Source: an uncultured delta proteobacterium
Lineage (GTDB): Bacteria; Myxococcota; Myxococcia; Myxococcales; Myxococcaceae
Reading direction: 5' to 3'
NCBI GenBank assembly: GCA_963796055.1
Contig: CAWCKH010000004.1
Span: 2,816,001 to 2,880,000 of the forward strand
Length of the DNA stretch: 64,000 nt
This document shows positions 62,230-64,000 of this stretch, one piece after another (position 1 is the stretch's first letter; the number at the start of each line of letters is the position of its first letter). A program made the position numbers and the translations under genes. Below the pieces are notes generated by a model. That model saw nothing but the letters and a program-made list of their open reading frames with translations, searched no databases and had not been told where the DNA came from.

Positions 62230-62964
62230 TCACGAGCGGCCGACGCCTCCGAGGACCGCCACCCCCAGCCCGAGGATGAGCAGCGAGACGATGGTCCTGA
62301 AGACCCGCTCGGGAATGCGTCGGAGGACGCGCTCACCGGCAAGGGTTCCAGCCAGCGTGCCTGCGGTCGCCACGGCGACGAGAACCCACGCTGGAGGAAG
62401 GAGCTCGTGCCACTCCAGCCCCAGGTACACGGGAAGGCGCACCGCATCCACGATCAGCCCGATCGCGGTCCCGGTGGCGACGAACGCCTCCTTCCGGATG
62501 TCGAAGCCCATGAGCGCGGCCGATCGGATCCCTCCCTGGTTTCCGACCAGTCCCCCGAGTCCACCGGAGAGGACGCCGGCCACCCACGCGGTGGTCCGGC
62601 CGAACCGGATCCGCTCCGAGAGCCTGCTGACGCCCAGGAGCCCGGCGAAGACCAGCAGGCACCCGAACACGACGGCGAGGCCGCTGCTCCGCACCTGGTT
62701 GTGGAGGAGCGCACCCGTGAGGCCACCCGCTGCGCTGGCGATCCCGAAGCGGACGAGGACGGTGCGGTCCACCTCGTGCCGCAGTCGCCATGCCCGGAGG
62801 AGCGTGGCCGCGAAATGAGGGATCGCCACCAGGACCACTGCGGTCTTCATCCCGTATCGCCAGGCGACGAGCGGTGTGAGCACGCTCCCGATGCCGAATC
62901 CGGCGACCGAGGCGATCGCCCCCGCGACGACGGCCACGGCGCCCACCAGCAGGACGAAGATCAT
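62230..62964 (-). CDS. TSUP (TauE/SafE) family membrane transporter
   Basis: VAGFGIGSVLTP, SGGLGGLVGNQGG; about 8 TMs. Confidence 0.88.
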   Translation of the reverse strand: MIFVLLVGAVAVVAGAIASVAGFGIGSVLTPLVAWRYGMKTAVVLVAIPHFAATLLRAWRLRHEVDRTVLVRFGIASAAGGLTGALLHNQVRSSGLAVVFGCLLVFAGLLGVSRLSERIRFGRTTAWVAGVLSGGLGGLVGNQGGIRSAALMGFDIRKEAFVATGTAIGLIVDAVRLPVYLGLEWHELLPPAWVLVAVATAGTLAGTLAGERVLRRIPERVFRTIVSLLILGLGVAVLGGVGRS

Positions 62965-62977
62965 CGGTCGCCCTCGT

Positions 62978-63118
62978 TCAGGGATCCGGCGGCGACCAGC
63001 ACCGGGTTCCGATCAAGATCCCGTGATTTCGACCGGGGGCGTCGAGCCCGTAGACGCGCAGGTCGGTCCAGTCGAGCACCTGGTCGTGAATCGGGCCATC
63101 TGCGGTGTACTCACCCAT
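62978..63118 (-). other. Short ORF (46 aa) with strong RBS; possible gene remnant
   Basis: GGGAGG upstream of ATG 63118; MGEYTADGPIHDQVLDWTDLRVYG...; stop at 62978. Confidence 0.3.
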
Positions 63119-63169
63119 GGGCGTCCTCCCTCGACGAGGGCCCGCCGGAACCGTCCGCGCCGCCCCCGC

Positions 63170-64000
63170 CTACAGCAGCGCCCCGCGGAGGATCATGCTC
63201 GCCACCGTGAAGTAGATGATCAGCCCGCTGACGTCGACCAGGGTGGCCACGAACGGCGCCGAGGCCTTCGCCGGATCGAACCCCAGCCGCCGGAGCAGGA
63301 ACGGCAGCATCGAGCCGACCAGGTTCCCGTAGAGCACCACGCCCACCAGGCTCAGACCGACGGTGATCGCCACCAGGAGGTAGTGCTCGCCGTAGAGGTG
63401 AAACACCTTCGCCCAGATCACGATGCGGAGAAGCCCGATGGTTCCCAGGAGACACCCCAGCGCTAGGCCGGAGGCGACCTCCCGGCTCGCCACCCGCCAC
63501 CAGTCGCGGAGCTTCACCTCGCGGAGCGCGAGCGAGCGGATGATGATCGACGTGGCCTGCGAGCCGGAGTTGCCGCCGGAGGAGATGATCAGCGGCAGGA
63601 AGAGCGAGAGGACCACCGCCTTGGCGATCTCGTCCTCGAAGGCGCTCATTGCCGTGGCGGTGAGCATCTCCCCGAGGAACAGCGCCGACAGCCAGCCGCC
63701 GCGCTTCTTCACCATCGAGGCGAAGCCCACGTCGAAGTATGGGGCCTCGAGGGCCTCCACGCCGCCGAGTCCCTGGATCTCCTCGGTGGCCTTCTGCTCG
63801 GCGACGTCGAGGACGTCGTCGACGGTGATCATCCCCACCAGCACGCCGCGGGAATCGGTCACCGGGAGCGCGACCCGGTCGTACTTCTCGAAGGTCGCCA
63901 CCACCTCGTCGCGGGTCGCGGTCGCCGGGATGCTGACCAGGGTGGCGTCGTTCAGCTCCGAGACCTTCTGCTCCGGCTTGGCCAGGACCAGGATCGGCAG
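63170..64000 (-). CDS. mgtE: Magnesium transporter MgtE (3' part; runs off the window end)
   Basis: CBS domain (KYD..ALPV.D..G.L.G.ITVDD), SSGGNSGSQ, DPAKASAPFVATLVDV. Confidence 0.95.
   Translation of the reverse strand: MPILVLAKPEQKVSELNDATLVSIPATATRDEVVATFEKYDRVALPVTDSRGVLVGMITVDDVLDVAEQKATEEIQGLGGVEALEAPYFDVGFASMVKKRGGWLSALFLGEMLTATAMSAFEDEIAKAVVLSLFLPLIISSGGNSGSQATSIIIRSLALREVKLRDWWRVASREVASGLALGCLLGTIGLLRIVIWAKVFHLYGEHYLLVAITVGLSLVGVVLYGNLVGSMLPFLLRRLGFDPAKASAPFVATLVDVSGLIIYFTVASMILRGALL

Overview
This is a very GC-rich bacterial chromosome segment. Gene content and order point to Myxococcota, probably Myxococcaceae/Anaeromyxobacter-like: cdnL-cysS-uvrB-uvrC-DUF507, yggS-maf-GGDEF-ppiD-mreC-mreD-pbp2-rodA without mreB, plus Ser/Thr kinase and FHA proteins. 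The first 13.3 kb is largely accessory. It holds partial nadA, a POT transporter, a complete IS630 inserted at a CTAG that forms a stop codon, a receptor-like Ser/Thr kinase with a periplasmic-binding-protein ectodomain, a DUF885 lipoprotein, a CGNR/ABATE regulator with twin palindromic operators, and several frameshifted or chimeric gene remnants. The rest is mostly core genes: uvrA, addB/addA-like, purA, ALDH, thiolase, comEC, cdnL, cysS, uvrB, uvrC, chrA, the rod-shape cluster and partial mgtE. The most notable observations are (1) a metallophosphoesterase divergent from uvrA that is colinear with the eukaryotic RNA lariat debranching enzyme Dbr1, (2) a 77-bp tandem array between comEC and cdnL and a 54-bp array before yggS that share core motifs, suggesting one repeat family, (3) the Venus-flytrap receptor kinase, and (4) an AddA-like helicase with a 4-Cys nuclease domain that appears catalytically dead. 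No tRNA, rRNA or CRISPR array was recognised. All protein calls come from motif recognition by eye; no database searches were run.
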